Of a stretch of DNA of 64,000 nt, positions 49,401 to 60,141 are shown piece by piece. Numbering within the stretch: the stretch's first letter is position 1; every line of letters starts with the position of its first letter. The position numbers and the translations under genes were made by a program. Origin of the DNA: Iphione sp. A-MEVVRFRX5 (Eukaryota); assembly GCA_976226885.1 (NCBI GenBank), contig OZ320321.1, positions 52,390,001-52,454,000 of the forward strand, read 5' to 3'. The notes below the pieces were generated by a model. It was not told the origin of the DNA. It saw only the letters and a list, made by a program, of their open reading frames with translations, and ran no database searches.

Positions 49401-52400
49401 CATATATTTTTCGTTTAGGCCTTAGTGGCAATTTCATTTAAATTTGTAAGTATGCATTTACAGAGAGAAAGATAGAGACACAGAAAGAAAGAAAAAAAGA
49501 AAGAAAGAAAGAAAGGGAGATGGAGAGGGACTGGGAAGATGGGAGGCTCTCCATCAACTTGACTAATAAGGAAACAATGGGTGGCAGGCGCCACCAATGT
49601 AAGATTACAAAAATACAAAGGAAAGGGGACATGTCTGTCGCTTTCTCTCCCTTTGCCTCCATGTTCTTTGGACTTGCCGGCCCCTAGAGGATCTGCTCTC
49701 AAAAGATAGGTGCGAAGTAGATGAATACAATGTATAGCATGCATCACATATATATGTACAGTTGAATGCAATTATGCTACCCTCTCTCAGATTTTTCCTG
49801 CTTTCGCCGCAGTACTGATTTTGGTCATCGTTGTCAAACCTTTTCTCTAATGGAAATAAATGAACAACCAGTAAACCTCCATTACTCTACTTGACTGCGT
49901 CTTCTGGTTTGGGTGAAAAAAACTCGCTTCTTCTAGATTTTTGTTCAATTGTTTGCCATTTTGCTGTGTTTTAGCCTAAAAAACTGTTTAATTTACTTCT
50001 GACCTTATGGATGTCTCCAAATCCCAGGGTTGTGGTCTTGTCATGTACTTTATATAACAGGTGGTGTACCATGCCACAATAAACCTTTCACCAGTTGGCA
50101 TATGCCAGACTCCAGAAGCTCAATATCCCTCGAAACCTGTTAGCCATTTCCAAATCTAACTAGACTATTGTTAGCACTGACCTCTCATACGATACGCTTA
50201 GACTTTCACTTAAAAATACAATCTATTCTCCTGTGTTATAACGTGCAAGTCAGGCTTCAGTTATAGCCAAAAAGGTCGTATGATACTGGCAGCACGTATC
50301 GCTTAGGAGTTCTCGCTTCATATAATATAGCTGTTGTCGACGAACGGGTCCAGTTGACATTTGAGCAGTATCAGTCACATTAAAAAGAAAGAAAATCTCT
50401 CGAAAGACCTCATTTGACATTTTACATAGGCCCGTACTTAAACTTCTTTTTCGCGCAAGTGGACATTTGACTAACTGCACGTATTTGTAAAAGGGTTTCT
50501 ATTGATATAATTTACTATTAGTTATGTTTGTATTAGCTGGGACGGTGTATGTAGCATAAAACATGAGAATCCTTCAAATCCATTCTATAGTGGGTTCCTG
50601 TCATGGGGATGGAACTCCACTCCTCTGTGGGGGTACAGTGAGCCCCACGATCCCCACTGTTTATGGACCTGTTATAAGCTATTCTTTTATTATTTGACCT
50701 GCCTCTGTATGAAAACTGCTTTTTATCGCAAAATCAAATTAATCACTTGTGTGGCCTGATATAATTATGCTGTCTGGGTTGCCAGGTTACCTTGAACCGG
50801 CAAATCACCCACCTAACAATCAAAGGGGGATTTATGATTTATACATGTATGTTGCTACTTTAAGGGGTTATTTTGTCATCTAAAAAGTCTCCCACAAGAG
50901 TGTATACAAATAAAAATTTAGTATGTACATATACATAGTATGTATTACCTTTAGTTTGAATTTTTTATTGTAGAGTTTATTTATACTTCTGTTGTGTTAT
51001 AGGTAATTTTGTCTCAAATAGTTTGGCCATCACATTTATTCATAGTTATTCGTGATTTTTTTCATTTTCATTTCATTGTATCTTTTACCAGGAATATATT
51101 CACCTATCATCAAGACAGGGCTCTTTTATATCCTCCTGGGTAGCATACTACCATCTCTTATTGAGGATTAGAGACCAAAATAACTGAGGTTGTCCCCTAC
51201 TCTTATTTTGAATAGGTTGCTGGGGTCTTTATGTGCATGGGGGACAAAATCCTATACACCAACAGCCATTTTATGAGTTGTGGACCACTTTGGGTTGGGG
51301 CTACAGTAAATCTGTCTGGTGGTGATCAAGAGTCCCAAGCCCAGGATTGAAGCTGTGACCTCTCAATCAGTGGACCAGTGCTCTACCACAGACCTAATTG
51401 TTTCATTTAGTTTGACATACACGTCTGAATTTATATATCCTTGATTACTTAAGATCTAGAGTTATTTAATATTATCATCTTTAGTGCGAAAATGTTTTTT
51501 TCATATTCTATTCACAATACATGCCGGTGCATCACCGCAGGCCCGCGGCATGGAGCAACTTCAATCACTGCAAGGAAACCCCAGATACGGCCAGCATGGG
51601 AACAGTATCTCTCTCCCAGTGAGCAGGCTATTTCTTGTAAAACTCCAAGATATTCCGTTTCCGAGATGACCTACAACTTGATCTTTAGTTGACCGCCCTG
51701 GACAAGTATGACAGGCTCTTCTGTGCCACGTTGGGATTTCTTTAAAAAAGTATCAATGAAGAGAATTATACATAGTTCAAATTCAATCTATTCTTACGTT
51801 TAATCCAAATAATCAATGATCATATATCTGTAGAAATGCGCAAATATCGTAAAGCGTGGGGCGGAACCAGACGTGGAGCTTTTTTTTAAAGCACTTCTTA
51901 AAATTCGGTCCTAGTCACAGAGGAACCCAAGCTATTATACCCTCGTACAGTGCACTCTCTCGATTCCAGACACCCTCCGTTCTGCGTCAAATCGTCTGCA
52001 TTGTAGACGCGTCCGCATTGGAGATCGGACTGGGGGGGTCATGCTTGGAAATATTATCCCCTTCTCCCTCTCTCTCTACTGAATTTGACCAGTAAAAGCC
52101 CTAAAAGTCCTGAATTTGACCAGTAAAAGTCCTAAAAGTACTGAATTTGACCAGCAAAAGTCCTGAATTTGACCAGTAAAATTCCTGAAAGTACTGAATT
52201 TGACCAGTAAAAGTCCTAAAAGTCCTGAATTTGACCAATTAAAGTCCTAAAAGTACTGAATTTGACCGGTAAAAGTAAAAAAGTAATGACTACTGGAGCC
52301 TTCTTGGAGCCTACCTGGAGCCCCAAATTCACGCGACAACACTTCGTACACAGGGGTTATTCATCTCTACCTTTGAAAATGACTTCTGGAGCCTCCCTGG

Positions 52401-55400
52401 AGCCCCAAATTTGCACGACAAGACTTCGTACACAGGGGTTATTCATCTCTACCTTTGAAAATGACTTCTGGAGCCTCCCTGAAGCCCCAAATTCGCGCGA
52501 CAACACCTCATCCACAGGGGTTATTCATCTCTACCTTTGAAAAATGACTTCTGAAGCCGTCCGCAGGGAGGCGTCCCCTAAATTTTGCCGTCCGCATTGG
52601 AGACATAGGCTTATAATGGTTAACTATAGGAAATCATTTCGTTCTGCGTCAAATTGTCCGCATTTGAGGCGTGTCCGCTTCCGAGACGCGTCCGCAGGGA
52701 GTGTACTGTATATACCTCGGTCCTTTTATGTGGACGTGACTGTTTGAAATAAGTACATGTATAATATTTATGGTGGGGGGGCAGCGAAATATCTGTGTTT
52801 CCGGTAATGTGGTGAAAAATTGTAGGGTCGGTAGGTCGGTGGGGTTTTTTATTTTTATTTTTTTCAATATAAATAAATCCATAAAATAACAAATATATAC
52901 GGTGACATGAGTTCTACTGCTTAAATTTTAATGTAAATTTTACCAAATGAAATGAGACCTTGACTCATGTTGCATCCAACACTTTTGCTAGGAGATATAT
53001 CTAACTTGCAGCAGAAAATGACTCTTAGCTTCTATCTCCCTTTCTCTGCCTTTCTCTCGCTGCCTATCACCTTTCATTTCTCTAAGTTGCGACATGCAAC
53101 AGTTACTTATAAGGAGCAATGGTCCAACTGGTAGCTTGGTTATTTACTACAAGCCAACTTGAGATAGTTTTATGATATATATTAGCATGAACTATTGTAC
53201 ATCATGTATCTATAAATGTACAGTAAGGCAAAACAGCGAGGGCACTGAAAAGTGAGTTGTTGGAATAGCGAAGGTTTTTTTTTTTTTAACTTTTATTTAC
53301 CCTGGCCACAACTGAGGCCAGTCATAATTCTACACGTGATTAATCCATCTTAAAGCTAAGATATTTACAGTTAATATATACACTATATACAATATATACA
53401 GCTATGTACAGTATATACAGAAAATGATATTTTCAACAGTTTACAAAACAAGAAAAAATTAATAATGAGTAACATGCGCCAGACAAACAAAGAGAATTTT
53501 TTAACATAGTGAGGCAGGTTGTCAATGAAAACAAGTTTGTCTTACGATTCATGAAACTTTCCAATTTCCTCTTGACAAGCGATTAAACAGTTCTTGTTTG
53601 ACTTTTCTCTTAAAACATGGTTTTTTTCTCTACTTTCAGGTTGTCATCAAGATCATTCCATAATTTTGTGGCAAAATAGGTTGGATTCACTTTAAATGTT
53701 GACCTTTTTGGGAAGGGGAGTGGTAGTGATGTTCTCCTAAATCTTGATTTGGATTTTAATTCTAGGTAGGGGGTTATTAAATGTTTATGGAAAGTCGAAA
53801 GGCAATAGTAATGACTACGTAGTATTAGTGGGAGTATGTTCAAGGTATTGCTTAGGGAGTGATAGTCATTGTAGTAGTCACCTGTGGCTAGTCTCATTGC
53901 TTTTACCTGCTGGGCCTCCAGCCTTTGGAATTCAGAAGAGTTATACATATTGATCACACCAATAGCATAATCCATGATTGGAATGAAGAATGATTTTAGG
54001 ACTTGAATTGCTATGTAACGACTTATCCATTTTGATTGCCGTATCATGTGTATTATGGAATAAGATTTTTGTAGTTCTTTATTCATTTCCAGCTTCATGT
54101 TCAGATGGTTGTCTAAGATTATGCCTAGGTATTTGTAACTTGAGACATGGTTAATTTGTTTTGCACCTATTTTTATACTGATTTTATGCCGACTATATTT
54201 GTGCCGATTGCTAGAAAAAAGCATGCTTTCAGTTTTATCTAGGTTAATTTTTATTCCGTTGGTTGTACACCATTCATTCAGAGAATTGACATCTCGTTCA
54301 AGTACGTCCATAACCGTTGAGGGTTCCGTGTTTGCATATAGTAGGATGGTATCATCCGCGTCCATGACGCAATGTGAATTTCTTAATGTTTTAACACTAT
54401 CATTAATAAACAGGGAAAATAATAAAGGACCAATTGTACTGCCTTGTGGAACGCCTGTTTTAAGTGGCAGTGTCTGTGAGACGTGATCTGCTATTTTGGT
54501 TTGTATTGATCTATTAGACAAATAGTTATTGAACCATTCAATGGCATTAGAAAAACCCAAATATTTTAGTTTCTTTAACAATACAGAATGCTGAATGCTG
54601 CCGAAGGCCTTTTGGTAATCTACAAATATTGCCCCTACAATTTTCCCTTCATTCATATGAAGATGAATGTAATGAAGGACATCATTAAGGGCACCTACTG
54701 TTGACCTCGACTTCCTGAATCCATACTGGTTTTGACATAGAATGTTATGACGGTCGATGTAATTGATACATTGATCATAAACTAGTCTTTCCAGGATCTT
54801 ACCAAATATTGAGAGAATACTAATGGGTCTATAGGAATTTGGGCTATAGCGATCACCCTTCCCCTTATAGAAGGGGGTGATGCGGGCCCTTTTCCATCTT
54901 GCTGGGATAGATCCAGATCTCAGTATCAAATTTAGCAAGGTAGTAAATTCAGAAATTACAACAGTTAGGCTGGTTTTTAAGATTTAGACAGATTCTATGT
55001 CAGTTCCGGTAGGCTTTGAGCTTTTTTGCTTCTGTACCACCTTTAACACATCGGCATTAGTAATTGGACTGAGACAGAATTCTTCAGATGGGGCCTTCAC
55101 ATAGTGTAATATTAATTTATGATTGAGATTATATGGACAGGTTCCTACTGTTGCAAAGTGTTTGTTAAATTTTTTGGCAGAGGCTTCAGTTGATAATAAT
55201 GACTCACCTTCTTTTAGTAATGGCGTTGCCCCTGCTTTCCATTGGCCAAGACATTCGTTCAGAGCCTTCCAGTATTTTTTAGGGTTACCTCGGTTTTCAG
55301 ATACCTTGCTTGTACAATATTTGGATCTATCCAACTTCATTAATTCTGAACACCTACCCTTTAGAATTTTGACTTCCTTAAATAGGGCATCTGATTTGAG

Positions 55401-58400
55401 AATCAATGCTTTTTTGAACAGTGTATTTTTCTCTTTAATCAAGTTTCGTGTAGCTTTGGATAACCACAGTTGGTTTTTATGTAATGAACGACTAGTCTTT
55501 CTTCTGCTTATATTGTTTACCGCATGTTGTAGATACAACTCAAATCTTAATGTAATATAGTCAATGTCGTTAGAGGATGCAAGTAAAGTCTGAAGAGTGG
55601 GTATATAGTCCGATATTAGTGAGTTTGTTAGTCTGCTATTATGATCATCGTTCCATGGTCGATAAGTGAAAGGTGTAGTGTTATTTACTGGTTTCTGGAA
55701 TTTTAAGCTTATTGTGGTAGCATAGTGATCACTGATGTAGGTTTGAATATAGTTGTACAGCTATTGATTGTATCATTTGTCAATATTAAGTCTATGCAGG
55801 ATGATCTTTGAGGCGTTCATCTAGTCGGTTCTTCTACAGTCTGGGATAAGTTGTGATTATTACAAAAGTGTTTTAATTTGAGTAAATTTGGATTGTTATG
55901 ATCTAGGAAGTCTATGTTGAAATCTCCAGTCAGAATGATTGTTTCTCCTCTCATGACTAGTTTTTTGACAGTGTTTTCAAGTATGTCGAAAAATGTATTA
56001 ATATTGCCACTTGGAGGTCGATAGAGTGCTATTATCAATAGTTCGTTACCTAAAGAGGGGCATATTTGATGACATGAAATTTCAATATGTTTACAGCTAA
56101 CATTGAGGGGCATAAATCGCATACTATCCAAAGGAAGGTGTTCTTTATAGTACACTACCAAGCCCCCTCCAACGCCAAATTCTCGGTCCATTCTAGACAT
56201 AAGGTACCCATTAATGTGGAGTACACTATCAGGAATGTCCGATGTCAACCATGATTCTGACTCATGAGCTCTCCCTTTCTGTGTATATATTCAGCCCATT
56301 AGGTTTAATTTCCATGTGAATATGGTTTCACGGCATGGCGCCATGTTTTCCACGTATTCTCTGGAGTCTATCCTTATCTACTGAGGTATTGCCATGTGGG
56401 GATGCTCCATGCTCAATCTCCCGTGGTGCTGTGTTTTTCAAATTGGGACGTCCCAAATCTCATGGTCACCGCACCATGTTGCCATTGTGGTTTTTGTTGT
56501 GAACATGGGTAAAACAGGAGTGAAACAGGGAAACAAAGTTACCCCCATCCTTTCTCATCATAACTTCTGTATTGATTTATTGGGATGGGGAGTTAGCTAA
56601 GTTGATAAGAGTGCTGATTGGCACTGGTTCAGTGATTGAGAGGTCGCAGGTTTTGATTTGCAAAATGTTTATTCTGGAACATATGCACAATTATGGTTCA
56701 TATTGCCCAGAGATATATAGGCTCAATCCTGTGCCTGGAACTCTTGATCATGATCAGATTTACTGTAGCCCCTACCTTGAGTGGTCCATAACTTGTAACA
56801 AAGGTCATAGGTGTATAGGATTATGTTGCCTATGTACAAAAATACCTAAGAAACCTGTTCTTAGGGCAACTCCGGGTATTCTGGTCTCCTAGTTCTCAAT
56901 AATAGATAGTAGTATGCTATCCCAAGAGAATAAAAAATGAATGTCTAGTTCATAGTCAAAGATACAATTTAAGTGAAAAAAGAAATGAAACATTTATTGG
57001 TGTTTTTTTTCTAATCAACCTCGGTTTACCGATACAAAAGACTAAGATTTCGATGAATGTGTTAATATGAGAACATATTCACTCAACAATCGAACTGATA
57101 CTTTACTATTCATTGATATATATTAGGCTTACAAGTATTTATAGATGAATATTTTTGTGGAAAAGGAATACAAGAAAAATGTGGCCAAAAACATTAGCAG
57201 TAACATGTCACACAGTCGTATACTTACCACTTCATTTATTTAATTACATGGTTCTTCGTATGTAGGATACTCTTTATGGGCACAGGTTACTTAACTCAAA
57301 AGTCTTTTGACATGATGAAGTATTTCACCAAAAATAGACGGTATTCCGCACAGAACTAATTATTTTCAAATTAAATGAAGACTACAAACCAATGTTAACC
57401 TAATAATCTCTATTGATCAGTTTCATCACAAGTCCTCCTCAACGTCTTTCTCAGGGGATATGAGGAGCGAAGAAATCCTCGATCTGTACGAGCAGGTTAG
57501 CACAGCAACAACTCTGCTCACTTCTCAGTAGTTACTGTAGTTGGGAGCGCTCCAAGATTTACGAGATAGTTTCCATGGCCATAATCCAGTCAAAGCCCAG
57601 AAGGAGTGGTTCACAGACTGATTGCAGTGCGTCAAATATGCAACGCTTAAATGCACATATATAATGTTATATTCCACATCTACCTGACCTTTCATCATTA
57701 TCCATGATATATGTTCTGGCCGTGTTTGTTAGGAATAGTCCCCACTTGTTACATGCATATTGTACCGAGTCCCTCGCCTAGAGTTCTATTTTCAACTCGC
57801 GTACTGGACTAGGGCCTCTCTTCAAGTTTTGAGTTTCATTCGAATGACCAACAAACACTTCACCGGTGGCGATTTTAACCTCCAAATTTCAGAGTCTTTG
57901 AACAAAACATGAAAGAAAAAGTCTCCTAAAGTTTGATGGAGAAATTGTAACTAAATGCTAGAAAAAAATGTACCGTCATCTCAAAAGTAAAATACAGCAT
58001 CAGTAAACAACTACAGACACGTCTATACATCTGACCCACATTTATAATAGCATGTGTTCGGAACTAAGAGTAATGGCTGGCTAACCAGACGGAAGAGGTC
58101 TGTGTTCTTATAACAAGTTCCGTGTGCTCGCGTTAAATGCTCTTCCCTATTGATTCCTTGAATATTCTGTTAACATGTAATCATTAAATTATAGTTTGCA
58201 GAGTCCCGTTTTATGAAATAAGAGCAAATTAAAAACTTCAAAGAGGTGGTGTATCCACTCTCAAGGAGCGACATTCAAATAAGGTAAGGATAGCTTGTAT
58301 CGACAATCTAAAATGGAAGCAACATATTTGTGTGTATCATAACACCTATACGGATTTCTAGTGGCCTCCCCTCCCGGCTTCCCCTACATAAATGTAACAA

Positions 58401-58947
58401 GTTCGGCCATTTATACAAACACCGGCCTATAACAGATAATGAATATCACATGGATCAAATACCCGCACAGAGATCGTGCCAATTCAAACATATATTTCTT
58501 CTGGATATGCTGATTAGACTAAAACTAATCATAGCGGTGTGATGGGTCATGTAAACTATGACAATTTTTTTAAAGAACATTTTTAAGCCCAGATATCGTG
58601 TTACAAATATATAACATGGATACTCCCCGACTGCTGTTCAGGAATACCCTCCCAGTTCGCTCTAGACTGCTGCGTCGTTGTCACAGTTACAGGAGGCCTT
58701 ATTCCAAACGTTTCAAAAGACAAAGCTTACCTGATCGAAAAGCAAATGATCTTAATCCCGGTAACAGCATGCGGCGAATAGTCGACAGCATACTCGAGCT
58801 GCGGACAGGCTACAAAGTGCCGGGGGACGGGAGTTCAGATAAGCAGCGGGCGTAGTAGTAGTCTCAGCAGAACACCTTTACCTCTGCTGGCCTCATTTGA
58901 GCTCCAAGGCTCTGACCTGAGCAAGTGCTACTTACGCTACTGGCCAT
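43357..58947 (-). CDS. Calexcitin/SCP-like EF-hand Ca2+-binding protein with a predicted mitochondrial presequence (~235-245 aa)
   Basis: Exons 58947-58936, 58809-58731, 47555-47448, 46333-46281, 45201-45074, 44444-44323, 43945-43836 and 43482-43357 are all GT-AG and in phase. EF loops are DTDGDGFIDSAD, DTNKDGYISREE and DIKGDGVLDKDE, with a degenerate fourth. SLNDFQLRKITQDF, LPQW and the DPATPGRYIAG C-terminus are calexcitin-like. The core is secure; the 5' exon link is a model. Confidence 0.8.
43836..43945 (-). CDS. EF-hand gene exon (DGVLDKDEYRNFW...FAHMTE)
   Basis: Acceptor catttacctacag, donor gtaagt, phase 1-0. Confidence 0.92.
44323..44444 (-). CDS. EF-hand gene exon (EEWVHLWEDIV...LPQW...LFPVLDIK)
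   Basis: Acceptor ttacacatcag, donor gtctga, phase 2-1. Completes EF2 and starts EF3. Confidence 0.88.
45074..45201 (-). CDS. EF-hand gene exon (RLRKYTEEF...ADTNKDGYIS)
   Basis: Acceptor ttctcgatttag, donor gtgcgt, phase 0-2. Confidence 0.9.
46281..46333 (-). CDS. EF-hand gene exon (DTDGDGFIDSADINAFKR)
   Basis: Acceptor tttttaatttcag, donor gtttgt, 53 nt, phase 1-0. Canonical EF1 loop. Confidence 0.9.
47448..47555 (-). CDS. EF-hand gene exon (GQTREKRAVHTTGQRLAFSLNDFQLRKITQDFDHVY)
   Basis: Acceptor tgttaatcttgtag, donor gtaaga, phase 1-1. There is no in-frame ATG nearby, so an upstream phase-1 exon is required. Confidence 0.85.
48158..49135 (-). mobile_element. 5'-truncated CR1/L2-type LINE with (TCTTA)n tail
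   Basis: ORF 48327-49130 has the RT thumb/C-terminus (YTYLGII, LYKGFVLPHVDY, WNSL). The tail AATAAATTATTTCTTATCTTATCTTA is the same as in the insertion at 4726-5015. Confidence 0.9.
49169..49424. mobile_element. Kolobok-like MITE (GGCC termini, TTA flanks); related ends at ~38035-38110 and ~52780-52870
   Basis: AGGCCTAAA...TGTTTCCAGTAAC is mirrored at both ends, with a GGGTCGGTCGGT subterminal motif. The superfamily label is inference. Confidence 0.6.
51120..51400 (-). mobile_element. tRNA-head SINE copy
   Basis: Its reverse complement aligns with 56600-56940 (GATTTACTGTAGCCCC, GGTGTATAGGATT, GTAGTATGCTA). Confidence 0.7.
51948..52708. mobile_element. Tc1/mariner(pogo)-like MITE, TA TSD, with internal tandem arrays
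   Basis: TA|CAGTGCACTCTCT...AGGGAGTGTACTG|TA ends. About seven copies of CTGAATTTGACCAGTAAAAG (52079-52280) and three ~82-bp units (52290-52550). Confidence 0.75.
53275..56268 (-). mobile_element. CR1/L2-clade LINE (APE + RT), 5'-truncated, inactivated
   Basis: APE motifs SESWL, YRPP and TGDFN (55817-56248). RT ORF 53610-54938 has YRPISIL, GVPQGS and YKYLG, but YADD reads DADD. There are frameshifts, and the 3' UTR ends AATAAA-poly(A) at 53297-53275. Confidence 0.93.
56590..56940 (+). mobile_element. tRNA-head SINE copy (inverted relative to 51120-51400)
   Basis: Shared blocks with the 51.1-51.4 kb copy, plus a ~70-bp internal insertion. Confidence 0.65.
58731..58809 (-). CDS. Candidate presequence exon of the EF-hand gene (PVRSSSMLSTIRRMLLPGLRSFAFRS-G)
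   Basis: Pyrimidine-rich acceptor cccgtcccccggcactttgtag, ATG at 58791 and strong phase-1 donor cag|gtaagc that matches the phase-1 acceptor at 47555. Confidence 0.7.
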
Positions 58948-59132
58948 CTATATCTGAGCGTTAACGGCGTGAGGAACAGACAAAAATCTGGGTACGAAAA
59001 TGTTCGCGCGGGTAGCGAGTGTTGATGACGGCTCGCCTCGCTGTCCATCTGTGACGTGCTGACGGTTGAGCACGGAGAATAGAGCATGTAGCTAGCTATA
59101 TATATCTCCGATATAACATTCGTGATGAGTCA
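58936..59132 (-). promoter_or_regulatory. Probable promoter and exon 1 of the EF-hand gene
   Basis: AP-1 site TGAGTCA at 59126-59132, TATATATA at 59097-59104 and donor gtaagt at 58935. ATG GCC AGT AGC (58947-58936) is in frame with the next exon. Confidence 0.62.
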
Positions 59133-59559
59133 CCCTTTTTATTCGTTTCTCTAATTAAAAAAAGTCCATTACACTTTCATAAATTTCCATTAACGGTCCA
59201 CTTAGTACCGGCTATATGTCTGAATAAAAAATTAATTGCATTGATCAGGATTGCTCAATACTAAATTTGAGCCAATACACATCCAAGCCAACTCGACAGT
59301 AATAACGGTGTAAAGAACACAGATGTGAACTAATTAATAGATGCATCCCCCACTTTTACTTGAAGAGATTAATGCAAGGGCGGCCAGGATATGGTGTTGA
59401 GGGTGGTTTATTCCACGCTTGTGCAGTAAAAGGCCAATGATCGGCCAATTATACTAACACTACTAACCAGTGTAGACACAGGAAATTGAATTCTCCTAAG
59501 TAAGTTTCAATATGGTGACTATAATCTACCAATAAGTAGAAGTAGAATCAGCACTGACC

Positions 59560-59900
59560 ATGGTTTTATAACTTGCCACCTATGTAAGACCAATATATGA
59601 ACAGGCAGATAAATTTCACTACAAACTTGTCTGTCCAGCAAATGAAGGAACATAGAGAAAAGTACATTGAGAAATATTTCAGAACTAGACCAAATGTCAT
59701 CAAAATGTCTCAGTTATTTAATTCGAAGGATATAAAAGTACTAACCCAAACAGCCAGATTCATAAAGAAAGTCATGTCTTACTTTCTGAAAACCACTGAC
59801 CAAAAATCAAAACTTCACTCAAACTAGGAGACATTGCTACAAGTAAGAGATCAAAATAGTGCATGTAAACTGTGATTAACACATGGTGCTGACCAAACCA
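59560..59900 (+). mobile_element. LINE ORF2 3' remnant
   Basis: REKYIEKYFRTRPNVIKMSQLFNS...ARFI resembles a common LINE ORF2 C-terminus. Confidence 0.55.
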
Positions 59901-59954
59901 TGGTGCTAGTTGTATAAATACCCTCTATGTGTTACTAGTTCTGTAGTTTTATAG

Positions 59955-60141
59955 TGTTGCGGGCTCCGCTCACCGGAGCCCGCTGTTGGCGGAAATTGTG
60001 AAATTGGGGCTCCGCCCGGAGTAGCATTCTGTATATAAGTCGGGCCGGGCGGAGCTTCGTTGTCATTTGTGTCCTACCCTTAAAGTAATAAACTTCATCA
60101 ACTGTTATCTGGAAGTCATGTCTCTTCGATCGGGGCGAACA
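59955..60141 (+). repeat. 5' LTR (~187 bp)
   Basis: TGTTG...GAACA termini, TATATAA at 60032 and AATAAA at 60087. An alternative start at TGTTGG 59984 is possible. Confidence 0.75.

Noticed and set aside
52079-52550. Repeat arrays as possible CRISPR
   Set aside because: Contiguous tandem units without unique spacers, no cas genes, and a eukaryotic context.
58340-58500. FLVASPPGFP resembling GT32 glycosyltransferases
   Set aside because: The match is short, spacing is wrong, there are stops, and no DxD motif.
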